From positions 24,532 through 88,531 of the forward strand of contig DATJAY010000012.1 of NCBI GenBank assembly GCA_035515795.1: 64,000 nt of DNA. The letters are read 5' to 3'. The stretch comes from Candidatus Acidiferrales bacterium. Lineage in GTDB: Bacteria > Bacteroidota > Ignavibacteria > Kryptoniales > JAKASW01. Within the stretch, counting starts at the first letter, position 1, and every line of letters starts with the position of its first letter. A model generated the notes under the pieces. The model was given only the letters and a program-made list of their open reading frames with translations, was not told where the DNA came from and searched no databases. This document shows, piece by piece, positions 17,518-25,853 of this stretch. The translations under genes and the position numbers were made by a program.

Positions 17518-18894
17518 ATGAGCGGTATTTCATCGTTATTGAACATAGCTCGCGAAGCACTGATGACCTCACAGGCCGAGCTGGACACGACCAGCCACAA
17601 CATTGCAAATGCGAATACCGATGGTTACACCAAACAGAAAGTGGTCACGGAAGCGGCAACGCCGATTCAAACCACTTACGGTTTCCTGGGATCGGGCGTT
17701 CAAATTCAAACTATTATGCGCGTCAGAGACGCTTATGTCGATGAGCAGGCAATGAGTCTAAATTCCGACCTGAGCAAAGCCACGACGCAGCAGCAGACGA
17801 TGTCGAATGTCGAAAGTATTTTTAATGAGACATCTGGTGACGGGCTCTCCGATCAGTTGAATAATCTTTTCGCGGCATTCCAATCACTTGCGCAGAATCC
17901 TGAAGACACAGGAATTCGCCAAACCGTCATGCAGGCAGGCCAGCAAGTTGCCACTACGTTCAACATCATGAACAATAAGCTCCAGAACATTCGCTATCAG
18001 GTTGCACAGGAGGTAGATTCGGACGTCGAGAAGATCAACGGGCTCGCTTCGACGATCGCAAGTATAAACTCAGAAATTCTATCGGGTCCATCCGGGAGCA
18101 AAACTTCTCCGGATTTGCAGGACCAAATGGATAGCGCCGTCTCCCAATTGAGCCAGCTTGTTAATGTAAAAGTGACGACCGATCCAACCGGGATAACGAA
18201 CGTAACGGCGGGCGGAACTGTCGTAGTAGCCGCTGGTACGGCTTACACTTTCAAGACTACTCAGACATCCGGAGGCATTACGATCGGACGTTCGGATTCC
18301 TCTCTCCCTGCCACGGTCACCTCGGGTGAAATATCCGGGCTTCTTGATTCTTACAACGGGAATGTCTCCTCCTTCGCAACCCAGCTTGACAACATCGCCG
18401 ATACGCTCATACAGACCGTGAACGCGTTTCATTCGGCGGGTTATACTCTTTCGACAAACGGGACACCTGCACAAACCGGAAAATCTTTCTTCGCTGGAAA
18501 TTCTGCCGGGAGCATAGCAATGTCTCCCGACATCGTTTCGAATCTGAACAACATTGCGGCTTCATCGTCCGGAGATCCTGGAGACGGTCAGAATGCCACC
18601 GCAATAGCGAACGTGATGAATGCCCCGGTGATGAATAACGGCCAGTCGATCGTGAATTCGTACCAGGGGCTTATCGGGCAGGTGGGGATTGCATCTCAGC
18701 AATCCAGCGACAGCGTGCAGACTCTCCAGATCTCCCAAAACCAGATGAAATCATTTCAGAGTTCTATTTCGGGAGTTTCATTGGATGAGGAGCTCACGAA
18801 CATGATTCAATACCAGCATTCGTTCGAAGCCGCCGCGAAAGTCGTTACCACTACGGACCAAATGTATCAGACAATAATTGGAATGGTATCGTAA
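17518..18894 (+). CDS. flgK: Hook-associated protein 1 FlgK
   Basis: N-terminus LNIAREALMTSQAELDTTSHNIANANTDGYTKQ and C-terminus VSLDEELTNMIQYQHSFEAAAKV. Confidence 0.9.
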   Translation: MSGISSLLNIAREALMTSQAELDTTSHNIANANTDGYTKQKVVTEAATPIQTTYGFLGSGVQIQTIMRVRDAYVDEQAMSLNSDLSKATTQQQTMSNVESIFNETSGDGLSDQLNNLFAAFQSLAQNPEDTGIRQTVMQAGQQVATTFNIMNNKLQNIRYQVAQEVDSDVEKINGLASTIASINSEILSGPSGSKTSPDLQDQMDSAVSQLSQLVNVKVTTDPTGITNVTAGGTVVVAAGTAYTFKTTQTSGGITIGRSDSSLPATVTSGEISGLLDSYNGNVSSFATQLDNIADTLIQTVNAFHSAGYTLSTNGTPAQTGKSFFAGNSAGSIAMSPDIVSNLNNIAASSSGDPGDGQNATAIANVMNAPVMNNGQSIVNSYQGLIGQVGIASQQSSDSVQTLQISQNQMKSFQSSISGVSLDEELTNMIQYQHSFEAAAKVVTTTDQMYQTIIGMVS

Positions 18895-18895
18895 A

Positions 18896-19792
18896 ATGAA
18901 AATCAACGAAACACAGGTTGTGAGCGATCTGCTCTATTCAATCGGACAGAGCCGCGAATCGGTCGACAAATTGCAGGAACAAATCTCGACCGGCAAGCTG
19001 GTAAACACGCCTTCGGACAATCCGGTCCTCGCTCAGAGATTGATGCTGCTGCAGAATCAAGTCAACCAGAACAATGTATACACTCAGAACACTCAGTATG
19101 CGTCGAGCTTTGTCACGGAACAGAGCAGTGCGCTTGGAAGTGCAGTCAATGTCTTGACGAATATCAAGACCATGATACTTTCAGCGGCCAACGATCAAAC
19201 TCCTCAGGACATGCAAAATTACGGGACGCAGCTTGACCAGTACATCAATCAACTTCTCGATCTCGCCAACACGAAATTCGGCGACAAATACGTATTTGGC
19301 GGTACGCAGACAAACGTCCAGCCGTTCTTCATGAATTCAAATCGAAGTGCCGTTACAGCGAACCCCGAAGGTGTGGGCGGCGCGCTGAAGTTAGACGTCG
19401 GCTTCGAGATCAGCGACCAATATAACATCACCGGGCAGGAAGCCTTTGCGGGCGGCCAAATGTTTACTGACCTTATTGCTATTCGAGACGAATTGAACGG
19501 CGGTACAGTTCCGAGTCAGGCAGACGTGGCGACCGTGGACAATTATCTCAACTCGATGATAAACACGAACGCCAAAGCCGGGGCAATGGGAAACCGGTTT
19601 CAGTTGATCCAACAGCAGCTGAGCTCCCAGACACAATCATTGCAGACGACTATGTCGAATCTTGGCGACACTGACATAGCGGCAGCAACGATAAAATTAG
19701 AAGAACAGCAAACCGCCCTTCAAGCCGCTCTACAAGCCGGTGCGGGAGTCGTTCAACTCTCGCTCGCAAATTATCTTTCAACTGGCGGTTAA
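18896..19792 (+). CDS. flgL: Hook-associated protein 3 FlgL
   Basis: Flagellin-like N and C termini (GKLVNTPSDNPV...; ...DTDIAAATIKLEEQQTALQAALQ). The ATG at 18896 lies 1 nt after the flgK stop. The tracked start at 18878 overlaps flgK. Confidence 0.85.
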   Translation: MKINETQVVSDLLYSIGQSRESVDKLQEQISTGKLVNTPSDNPVLAQRLMLLQNQVNQNNVYTQNTQYASSFVTEQSSALGSAVNVLTNIKTMILSAANDQTPQDMQNYGTQLDQYINQLLDLANTKFGDKYVFGGTQTNVQPFFMNSNRSAVTANPEGVGGALKLDVGFEISDQYNITGQEAFAGGQMFTDLIAIRDELNGGTVPSQADVATVDNYLNSMINTNAKAGAMGNRFQLIQQQLSSQTQSLQTTMSNLGDTDIAAATIKLEEQQTALQAALQAGAGVVQLSLANYLSTGG

Positions 19793-19795
19793 GAG

Positions 19796-20572
19796 ATGAA
19801 GAAAACCATAGAGATAGGCACGCTTGCCGGTTTAGTTTTTGGAATAGTTTCCATTTTTGGCTCGTTCATGATGGAAGGTGGAAAGTTAGGCGCCGTTATA
19901 ATGGTTCCAGCGATGACAATCGTATTTGGCGGGACGTTTGCTACGGCCATGATAGGAACGTCGTTCAAGCAGTTCGCGAGAATCTGGAGGTTCGCCCTGG
20001 TCGCTGTCATGCCGCCAAAGCACGATGTGGATAGAATCATAGAATTGATCGTCCAGTATTCCACGAAGGCCAGAAAGGACGGCTTGCTTGCTCTCGAGAA
20101 AGAATTGAACAACATCCCCCATGCGTTTTTGAAAAAGATGCTTCGGTTTGCAATAGATGGAACCGATCCGCAGACGATGCGCTCTGTCGCCGAAGCGGAG
20201 ATGGGTTTCTTAAACGAGAGACATGTATCTAATGCCGCGGTGTTCCAGAAAATGGGCGGCTATTCGCCGACAATGGGAATCATAGGTACGGTTATGGGTC
20301 TGATAGTGACCCTTGCAAATGCCGGCGGAGATCCGAATGAACTGATCCATCATATAGCCACAGCGTTCATCGCGACACTCTGGGGAATTTTCATGGCAAA
20401 TATTGTGTGGCTTCCGATTGCCGACAAGTTGAAGACGATCCATGGCGAAGAAAATCTCATAATGGAAGTTACGTTGGAGGGAGTCCTGTCTCTTCAGGCG
20501 GGAGAAATTCCGGCAATAGTGAGAGCTAAGTTAAGATCGATGCTGCCGAGCCGCGAACAGGGAGAAGTCTGA
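19796..20572 (+). CDS. motA: Flagellar stator protein MotA
   Basis: Four TM segments, a MotA/ExbB channel signature (PTMGIIGTVMGLI, TLWGIFMANIVWLPIADKL), and motB follows. Confidence 0.9.
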   Translation: MKKTIEIGTLAGLVFGIVSIFGSFMMEGGKLGAVIMVPAMTIVFGGTFATAMIGTSFKQFARIWRFALVAVMPPKHDVDRIIELIVQYSTKARKDGLLALEKELNNIPHAFLKKMLRFAIDGTDPQTMRSVAEAEMGFLNERHVSNAAVFQKMGGYSPTMGIIGTVMGLIVTLANAGGDPNELIHHIATAFIATLWGIFMANIVWLPIADKLKTIHGEENLIMEVTLEGVLSLQAGEIPAIVRAKLRSMLPSREQGEV

Positions 20573-21276
20573 TGAAGAAAAAAGCAGAAGGCGTACACGA
20601 CAATCTTGAGCGCTGGCTCCTGACCTACGCTGATTTGATTACTCTTCTCCTCGGTTTGTTCGTGATATTGTACGCGAGTTCACGCGTCGACATAGCAAAG
20701 TACAAAGAAGTAATGTCGGCCTTCGTTAATTTGTTCGGTGGCGGGCCTGCGGCCACCGGGAATCTCATGGGCGAGAAGGGCGTCATGAACAACCTGTCGC
20801 CGGTATCTCATGAAAAAGAGTCGGTCCAGTTGGAAAAAAAAGTTGAAGCGGCTGTCGGTGAAGCGCTGAAAGGCGGCGGGGCTATAATTACTCATGATGA
20901 ACGCGGAGTAACCGTACACTTTCTCGAAAAGTTTATGTTTGAGGTGGGGAAATCGGAGATACACCGGAACGCGTACCCCGTTCTCGACACGCTCGGCTTT
21001 TTGCTGCAGTCAATTCCGAATCGAATTTATATCGAAGGCCATACCGACAATACACCGATTCACACGCCTCAATTTCCTTCCAACTGGCATTTGTCGGTCG
21101 CGCGCTCGCTGAATGTCGGTTATTACCTTTTGCAGAATTATCAAATTAGACCCGAGAAAGTGTCCATCATGGGTTACGGTGAATTCCACCCGCTTGTTCC
21201 GAACGACACGCCGTTACACAAAGCAGAAAATAGGAGAGTCGACATTGTCATACTCAACAGCACAGCAAAGGATTAA
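20572..21276 (+). CDS. motB: Flagellar stator protein MotB (OmpA-like C-domain)
   Basis: N-terminus WLLTYADLITLLL with the conserved Asp. The C-terminus is IEGHTDNTPI...NWHLSVARS...NRRVDIVIL. Confidence 0.9.
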   Translation: MKKKAEGVHDNLERWLLTYADLITLLLGLFVILYASSRVDIAKYKEVMSAFVNLFGGGPAATGNLMGEKGVMNNLSPVSHEKESVQLEKKVEAAVGEALKGGGAIITHDERGVTVHFLEKFMFEVGKSEIHRNAYPVLDTLGFLLQSIPNRIYIEGHTDNTPIHTPQFPSNWHLSVARSLNVGYYLLQNYQIRPEKVSIMGYGEFHPLVPNDTPLHKAENRRVDIVILNSTAKD

Positions 21277-21277
21277 G

Positions 21278-21691
21278 GTGAAGACAGAAGTGAAAACGAA
21301 GCTAAAGACTATACAGTTTGGCGAACTGGAATTTGAGCCGAGCATTGTTTATCATTTTCCCGGCGGTTTGCCGGGATTTGAAGAATTCCACGAGTTTATC
21401 GTGATCGACGATAAAGATACCGAGCCATTAAAGTGGCTGTTGTCGGTTGACGAGCCGAATATTGGCTTCCCGGTTTTGGAACTCCTGCAGGCTGCTCCTG
21501 AGCTGAAGAGCGAGATTCAGAAAGAAGAATTGAATCTGTCAAGCACCTTAGTCGTCGTCACGCTGCATCGCGATCCGGAACCGCTGACGGTGAATTTGAA
21601 AGCTCCGATTATTCTTAACAACTCTTCCAAAACCGGCAGGCAGGTAATATTGGATTCGGATAAATATTCCACCAAATACGAAATTAAATGA
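21278..21691 (+). CDS. fliW: Flagellar assembly factor FliW (CsrA antagonist)
   Basis: The sequence IQFGELEFEPSIVYHFPGGLPGFEEFHEFIVI is a typical FliW N-terminus. I chose the in-frame GTG at 21278, just after the motB stop. The tracked ATG at 21113 lies inside motB. Confidence 0.8.
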   Translation: MKTEVKTKLKTIQFGELEFEPSIVYHFPGGLPGFEEFHEFIVIDDKDTEPLKWLLSVDEPNIGFPVLELLQAAPELKSEIQKEELNLSSTLVVVTLHRDPEPLTVNLKAPIILNNSSKTGRQVILDSDKYSTKYEIK

Positions 21692-21706
21692 CCAAGGAAG
21701 GACAAA

Positions 21707-21988
21707 ATGCTAGTCTTAACAAGGAAGTTAGGGGAAGCCATCAAGATAGGCGACAAGGTAAAAGTCGTAGTCGTCTCAATCGATGGTACAAGTGTAAAGT
21801 TGGGGATCGAAGCTCCAGAAGAAATTCCTGTTCACCGGGAAGAAATCTACAAGAAGATAGCTGCGGAGAACGTGGCGGCATCATCGGAAATTGATAAAGA
21901 GAAGCTGAAGATTTTAAAAAATATTTTGTCGAAAAATCGCGGCTCGGGTTCGGGCGGGCGGTCTTCTTCGGGAAAGAAAAATGGCTAA
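21707..21988 (+). CDS. csrA: Carbon storage regulator CsrA with an extended Gly/Ser/Lys-rich tail
   Basis: Core [49 protein letters not shown] ~35-aa tail follows, ending [16 protein letters not shown]. Confidence 0.9.
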   Translation: MLVLTRKLGEAIKIGDKVKVVVVSIDGTSVKLGIEAPEEIPVHREEIYKKIAAENVAASSEIDKEKLKILKNILSKNRGSGSGGRSSSGKKNG

Positions 21989-22697
21989 GCCGCAGCGGAA
22001 AACGGTTCTTGTCATAGACGACGACAAGATGGTACAACGCTATATTGAAGAATTCTTTAAAAGACTCAAATTCGTTTTCTATGCCGCTTCCGATGGATAT
22101 GAAGGGCTGAAGTTCGCACTGTCTTCAAAACCTGATTTGATATTCCTGGACATCATGATGCCGCGCTTCGACGGATTCAAGACGCTCCAGGTTCTTAAGT
22201 CAAATGATTTGACGAAAAATATCCCGGTCGTGGTGATGACCGCATATTCCGACAGAATAAATGTGGTTTCCGCATGCAAGCTTGGCGCCGCTGCGGTAAT
22301 TACGAAACCCTTGACGGAAGAAATTTTTTTTGAAAAACTGAAGCAGATCTTCGGAGAGAAGTTTGTCCGGTCCGTGATTCCGCGCGATCCAAAGGAAACT
22401 GAAAATCCATTCGGCGTAAAGGAGGACGAGTACAATGAGGTCGTTCGCGGAATGGTCGAGGAATTCTTGAAATACTATTCGGCAGAAGTAGAAGACCTCG
22501 AGCGGGCAGTTCACGAAAAAAACGTCGATGTGATTCGAAGGATTACGCACAGTCTCCGCGGGACCGGCGGATCATTCGGTTACGGCGGGGCGGCGGCGCT
22601 CGCAGTCAGGCTCAACGAACTGGTTCACACATCGCCGATAGACTGGGAAGAGGCAGAGGAGGTTTTAATCATGCTAAAAAATAAGTTGCAAAGATGA
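21981..22697 (+). CDS. Response-regulator receiver fused to an Hpt phosphotransfer domain
   Basis: REC motifs [16 protein letters not shown] and ITKP. The Hpt-like helix is [20 protein letters not shown]. The start overlaps the csrA stop by 8 nt. Confidence 0.8.
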   Translation: MAKPQRKTVLVIDDDKMVQRYIEEFFKRLKFVFYAASDGYEGLKFALSSKPDLIFLDIMMPRFDGFKTLQVLKSNDLTKNIPVVVMTAYSDRINVVSACKLGAAAVITKPLTEEIFFEKLKQIFGEKFVRSVIPRDPKETENPFGVKEDEYNEVVRGMVEEFLKYYSAEVEDLERAVHEKNVDVIRRITHSLRGTGGSFGYGGAAALAVRLNELVHTSPIDWEEAEEVLIMLKNKLQR

Positions 22698-23077
22698 AAG
22701 CACTAGTAGCAGACGATGTCCCGATGATCCGGAAACTTGTCGAGTTCCATTTGAAGCAGATAGGATTCGATATATCAAATGCCGCTGATGGAGCAGAAGC
22801 GTTGACGCTCGCAAGCAACTCGAAATATGATTTGATAATCTTGGACATAATGATGCCCGAGATGGACGGGCTTGAAGTTCTGCACCGCATTCGCTTGGAC
22901 TCAATAAACAAGGCTACGCCGGTTATTATCATGACGGCTTACAGCGATTATTCGAACGTCAAGAAAGCGGTGGAATACGGAGCAAATGATTTTATTGTAA
23001 AGCCCGTCGAGCAGGTTTCTTTCAGAAAAAAGGTGATCGATGCGGTCAGTGTGAAGCCGCCGGAGTCGGTAAAGTGA
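22694..23077 (+). CDS. Single-domain CheY-like response regulator
   Basis: 127 aa with ALVADD, LIILDIMMPEMDG, MTAY and FIVKP. It has a 4-nt overlap with the upstream gene. Confidence 0.85.
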   Translation: MKALVADDVPMIRKLVEFHLKQIGFDISNAADGAEALTLASNSKYDLIILDIMMPEMDGLEVLHRIRLDSINKATPVIIMTAYSDYSNVKKAVEYGANDFIVKPVEQVSFRKKVIDAVSVKPPESVK

Positions 23078-24591
23078 AACTCTCGTTATCCATGATCGTT
23101 AAGAACGAAGCGAGATTCCTGCCGGGGTGCCTGGAAAGCGTAAGGGATCTCGTGGATGAGATAGTAATCGTGGACACCGGCTCGACGGACGAAACAAAAT
23201 CCATCGCCGGAAATTTCGGCGCGAAAGTCTTTGATTTTGAATGGAAGAACGACTTTTCACTTGCACGAAATGAATCGATGCGAAGAACAACCGGAGATTG
23301 GGTCCTCTACCTCGATGCGGATGAAAGAATCGAAAAATGTCATCACGAGAAGATCAGGAAACTCATTTCGTCCGGAGGCGGAGATGCACTCCTGCTGAAT
23401 CTAAAAAGCAAAATAGGCGTCAAAGAGGATTCGCAGTACCATCTTGTCTCTTATCCGCGGCTGTTCAGGAAAATGAAGGGAGTTGCATTTACAGGAAAAG
23501 TTCATGAGCAGATTAACAATTCGCTCCTTGCCGCGCGTGCAAGGATTGTCCAAACCGACGTAACCATTATCCATCTCGGCTATGCGCAAGATGAAGATGT
23601 CATTCGCGAGAAGGCGAAGCGAAATTATCTTCTGCTCCTCGAACAAATTGAACGACGGGAAAATTACGGCTATGCTCTCTATCAGCTTGGCCAGACGGAG
23701 ATGGTCCTTGGTGATGTCGAAAAGGGAATCGCGCATCTATACGAGGCGATTGCCGCCGGAGGTTTTGGCAAACCTGTTGAGGCTTCGATTTACGGAATCA
23801 TCGCAGAGAAGAAATTCAATCAGGGAGACACAGAAGGCGCGTTGGAAGCATGCGATAAGTCTCTCGCCGCTGCTCCGTCGCAATCATTTGCTTTGATAAT
23901 GAAAGGCGATATTTATCTCAAATACGGCAGGTATCGCGAATCTGTCGATTCATTTATGAGAGCACTTGAAGAATATCGTTCCAGCGTTCTTCTGGGGAAA
24001 GCTGCAACGGCAATCGAGCCGGTATTCGATATCGACGTTCTTTATTCGAAAATCGCTGCGGCTTCTTCCCTTGGCGGAGATTTGGAAGCGGCAAAGAAGT
24101 ACTATGGGCTTGCCGCCGAGACGAAAGGGAAGCCCGAAAAGGTGGCGAGGTATTTTGAATTTTTGGTGAAAAATAAAATGTGGGATGATGCCGTTGAGGC
24201 TTCGAAGAGATTTGGTGATTACGAAAACGAAGGCTGGTATTTAAGGATCGTCTCCTCTGCCTGCATTGATACTGGAAATTTCCTGGAAGCGGCGAGGCTG
24301 CTTGAAAAAATTGCGGACCATGATGCTGTTTCGTTGTCGAGTCTGGCTAATTGTAAGATGAAAGTCGGTGATTTCGAAGGTGCGGAATGTGCATTTCGCA
24401 GTGCAATGAATTTAGGATATGACGATATGCAGGGTTTGGAACTCTTTGGACTGATTCAGTTTAAGCTCGGGAAATTTTCTGACGCAGCCGAGACTCTCGG
24501 AAGAATTGTCGAAGCGAATCCGGAAAATGCGAAAGCGCGGAAGTTTGTTCAGGCGGCCAGGGAACGAATAAGAAATCTTGCTGCAGTATGA
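23074..24591 (+). CDS. Family-2 glycosyltransferase with C-terminal TPR repeats (candidate flagellin/flagellar glycosyltransferase)
   Basis: The N-terminus is GT-A type (LSLSMIVKNEARFLPGCLES...VDTGSTDET...YLDADE). About 300 aa of TPR-like repeats follow. The start is GTG with a GTGA overlap with the upstream stop. Confidence 0.8.
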   Translation: MKLSLSMIVKNEARFLPGCLESVRDLVDEIVIVDTGSTDETKSIAGNFGAKVFDFEWKNDFSLARNESMRRTTGDWVLYLDADERIEKCHHEKIRKLISSGGGDALLLNLKSKIGVKEDSQYHLVSYPRLFRKMKGVAFTGKVHEQINNSLLAARARIVQTDVTIIHLGYAQDEDVIREKAKRNYLLLLEQIERRENYGYALYQLGQTEMVLGDVEKGIAHLYEAIAAGGFGKPVEASIYGIIAEKKFNQGDTEGALEACDKSLAAAPSQSFALIMKGDIYLKYGRYRESVDSFMRALEEYRSSVLLGKAATAIEPVFDIDVLYSKIAAASSLGGDLEAAKKYYGLAAETKGKPEKVARYFEFLVKNKMWDDAVEASKRFGDYENEGWYLRIVSSACIDTGNFLEAARLLEKIADHDAVSLSSLANCKMKVGDFEGAECAFRSAMNLGYDDMQGLELFGLIQFKLGKFSDAAETLGRIVEANPENAKARKFVQAARERIRNLAAV

Positions 24592-24842
24592 AGTTTAGAA
24601 GGATGCAGATCTGACATCGCCAGTCTGCAAAGATAAAACGAGTGAACCAATCGATGTGCCGCCATATCGCAGGCCCGGCAAAGCCCGCGGGGCTCCGCAG
24701 GGCGCGCGTCCCGTCAAAAAAATCGGTCTCCGCCGCATAATTCGCGTGCCATTGTGTTCAAATAATGTCAGGTCAATTCCGATTTCTTGATTGGCACCGG
24801 TTCATATCCTAACTTACACGATGTAAAAATTAAGAATGCATT

Positions 24843-25784
24843 ATGGCACGAGAAGAACCTTTAACTGAAATTTTCAACATTAAGCACGATAAATCAAAAT
24901 CAGAGCGGGCAGGATACATAGCAATCGTCGGTGGCGGACTAATGGGAAGAGGGATCGCTGAATGTGCCTCGACGGCGGGAATCGATGTATTGATAATAGA
25001 ACTTGCGGAAGATATGGCAGAGAAATGCCGCCAGAAACTTTCCGAGATGCTTGATCAGGAGATTGCACGCTGGGCACTCACAAAAAATGAAAAGAAATCT
25101 ATCCTCTCTCGGATAAAATTCTCTACCGATCTGACTGAGGTTGTGGAATGTGACCTCGTCATCGAAGCGATCGAGGAGGACTTTGCCGCGAAAAAGGCGG
25201 TCTTTAGGGACCTCGATAAGATTTGCCCGCCCGAAGCGATTTTCGTATCGAACACGGCTACTCTGAGCCTGACAAAACTTGCCGAAGCAACATCGCGGCC
25301 GGACAAAATCATCGGGATGCACTTTCTCAATCCGGTCTCGCGGGTGCCGCTTGTCGAGATTGTCCGTGCGCTCAAAACAAGTGACGAAACATTTAAGAAG
25401 ACGAAGAAATTTGCCGAGGATTTGGGCAAAACGGTCGTCGAGGTTTTTGAATATCCGGGCTTTGTTACAACAAGGGTCATCTTGCCGCTGTTAAACGAAG
25501 CGATGCAGGTTTTGCTTGAAGGTATCGCCACCGCTGAAGGAATTGACACCGCGATAAAGCTGGGATACGGGCTGAATGTCGGTCCGCTCGAGATGGCCGA
25601 TTCAATGGGATTGGACGAAGTTTTAACATGGCTCGATACTTTGTTCCATGAGCTCGGAGGTCCGCAGTACCGCGCAAGTCCTATACTTCGACGCAAGGTC
25701 CGGGAAGGCCATCTCGGGAAAAAAACCGGCGAAGGCTTTTTCAAATACGACGAGTCAGGGAAAAAAATAGACAATCAAAAGTAG
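24843..25784 (+). CDS. hbd: 3-hydroxyacyl/3-hydroxybutyryl-CoA dehydrogenase
   Basis: Rossmann motif IAIVGGGLMGRGIA, plus IIGMHFLNPV and the 3HCDH C-domain (PGFVTTRVILPLLNEA). Confidence 0.85.
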   Translation: MAREEPLTEIFNIKHDKSKSERAGYIAIVGGGLMGRGIAECASTAGIDVLIIELAEDMAEKCRQKLSEMLDQEIARWALTKNEKKSILSRIKFSTDLTEVVECDLVIEAIEEDFAAKKAVFRDLDKICPPEAIFVSNTATLSLTKLAEATSRPDKIIGMHFLNPVSRVPLVEIVRALKTSDETFKKTKKFAEDLGKTVVEVFEYPGFVTTRVILPLLNEAMQVLLEGIATAEGIDTAIKLGYGLNVGPLEMADSMGLDEVLTWLDTLFHELGGPQYRASPILRRKVREGHLGKKTGEGFFKYDESGKKIDNQK

Positions 25785-25853
25785 TAAGCGTAACCGCCAC
25801 CATCGGAATAAATGCCTGGCAGGTGAGAGCGCGCATCAGAAAAGAAAATTGAA

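Noticed and set aside
24654-24740. 28-codon basic ORF (MCRHIAGPAKPAGLRRARVPSKKSVSAA) inside the GC-rich island
   Set aside because: It has no SD and its composition simply mirrors the GC-rich sequence. The region is more plausibly non-coding.
25055-25774. 239-aa minus-strand ORF antisense to hbd
   Set aside because: It is a shadow ORF of a well-supported dehydrogenase gene, with low-complexity S/R/F-rich composition.
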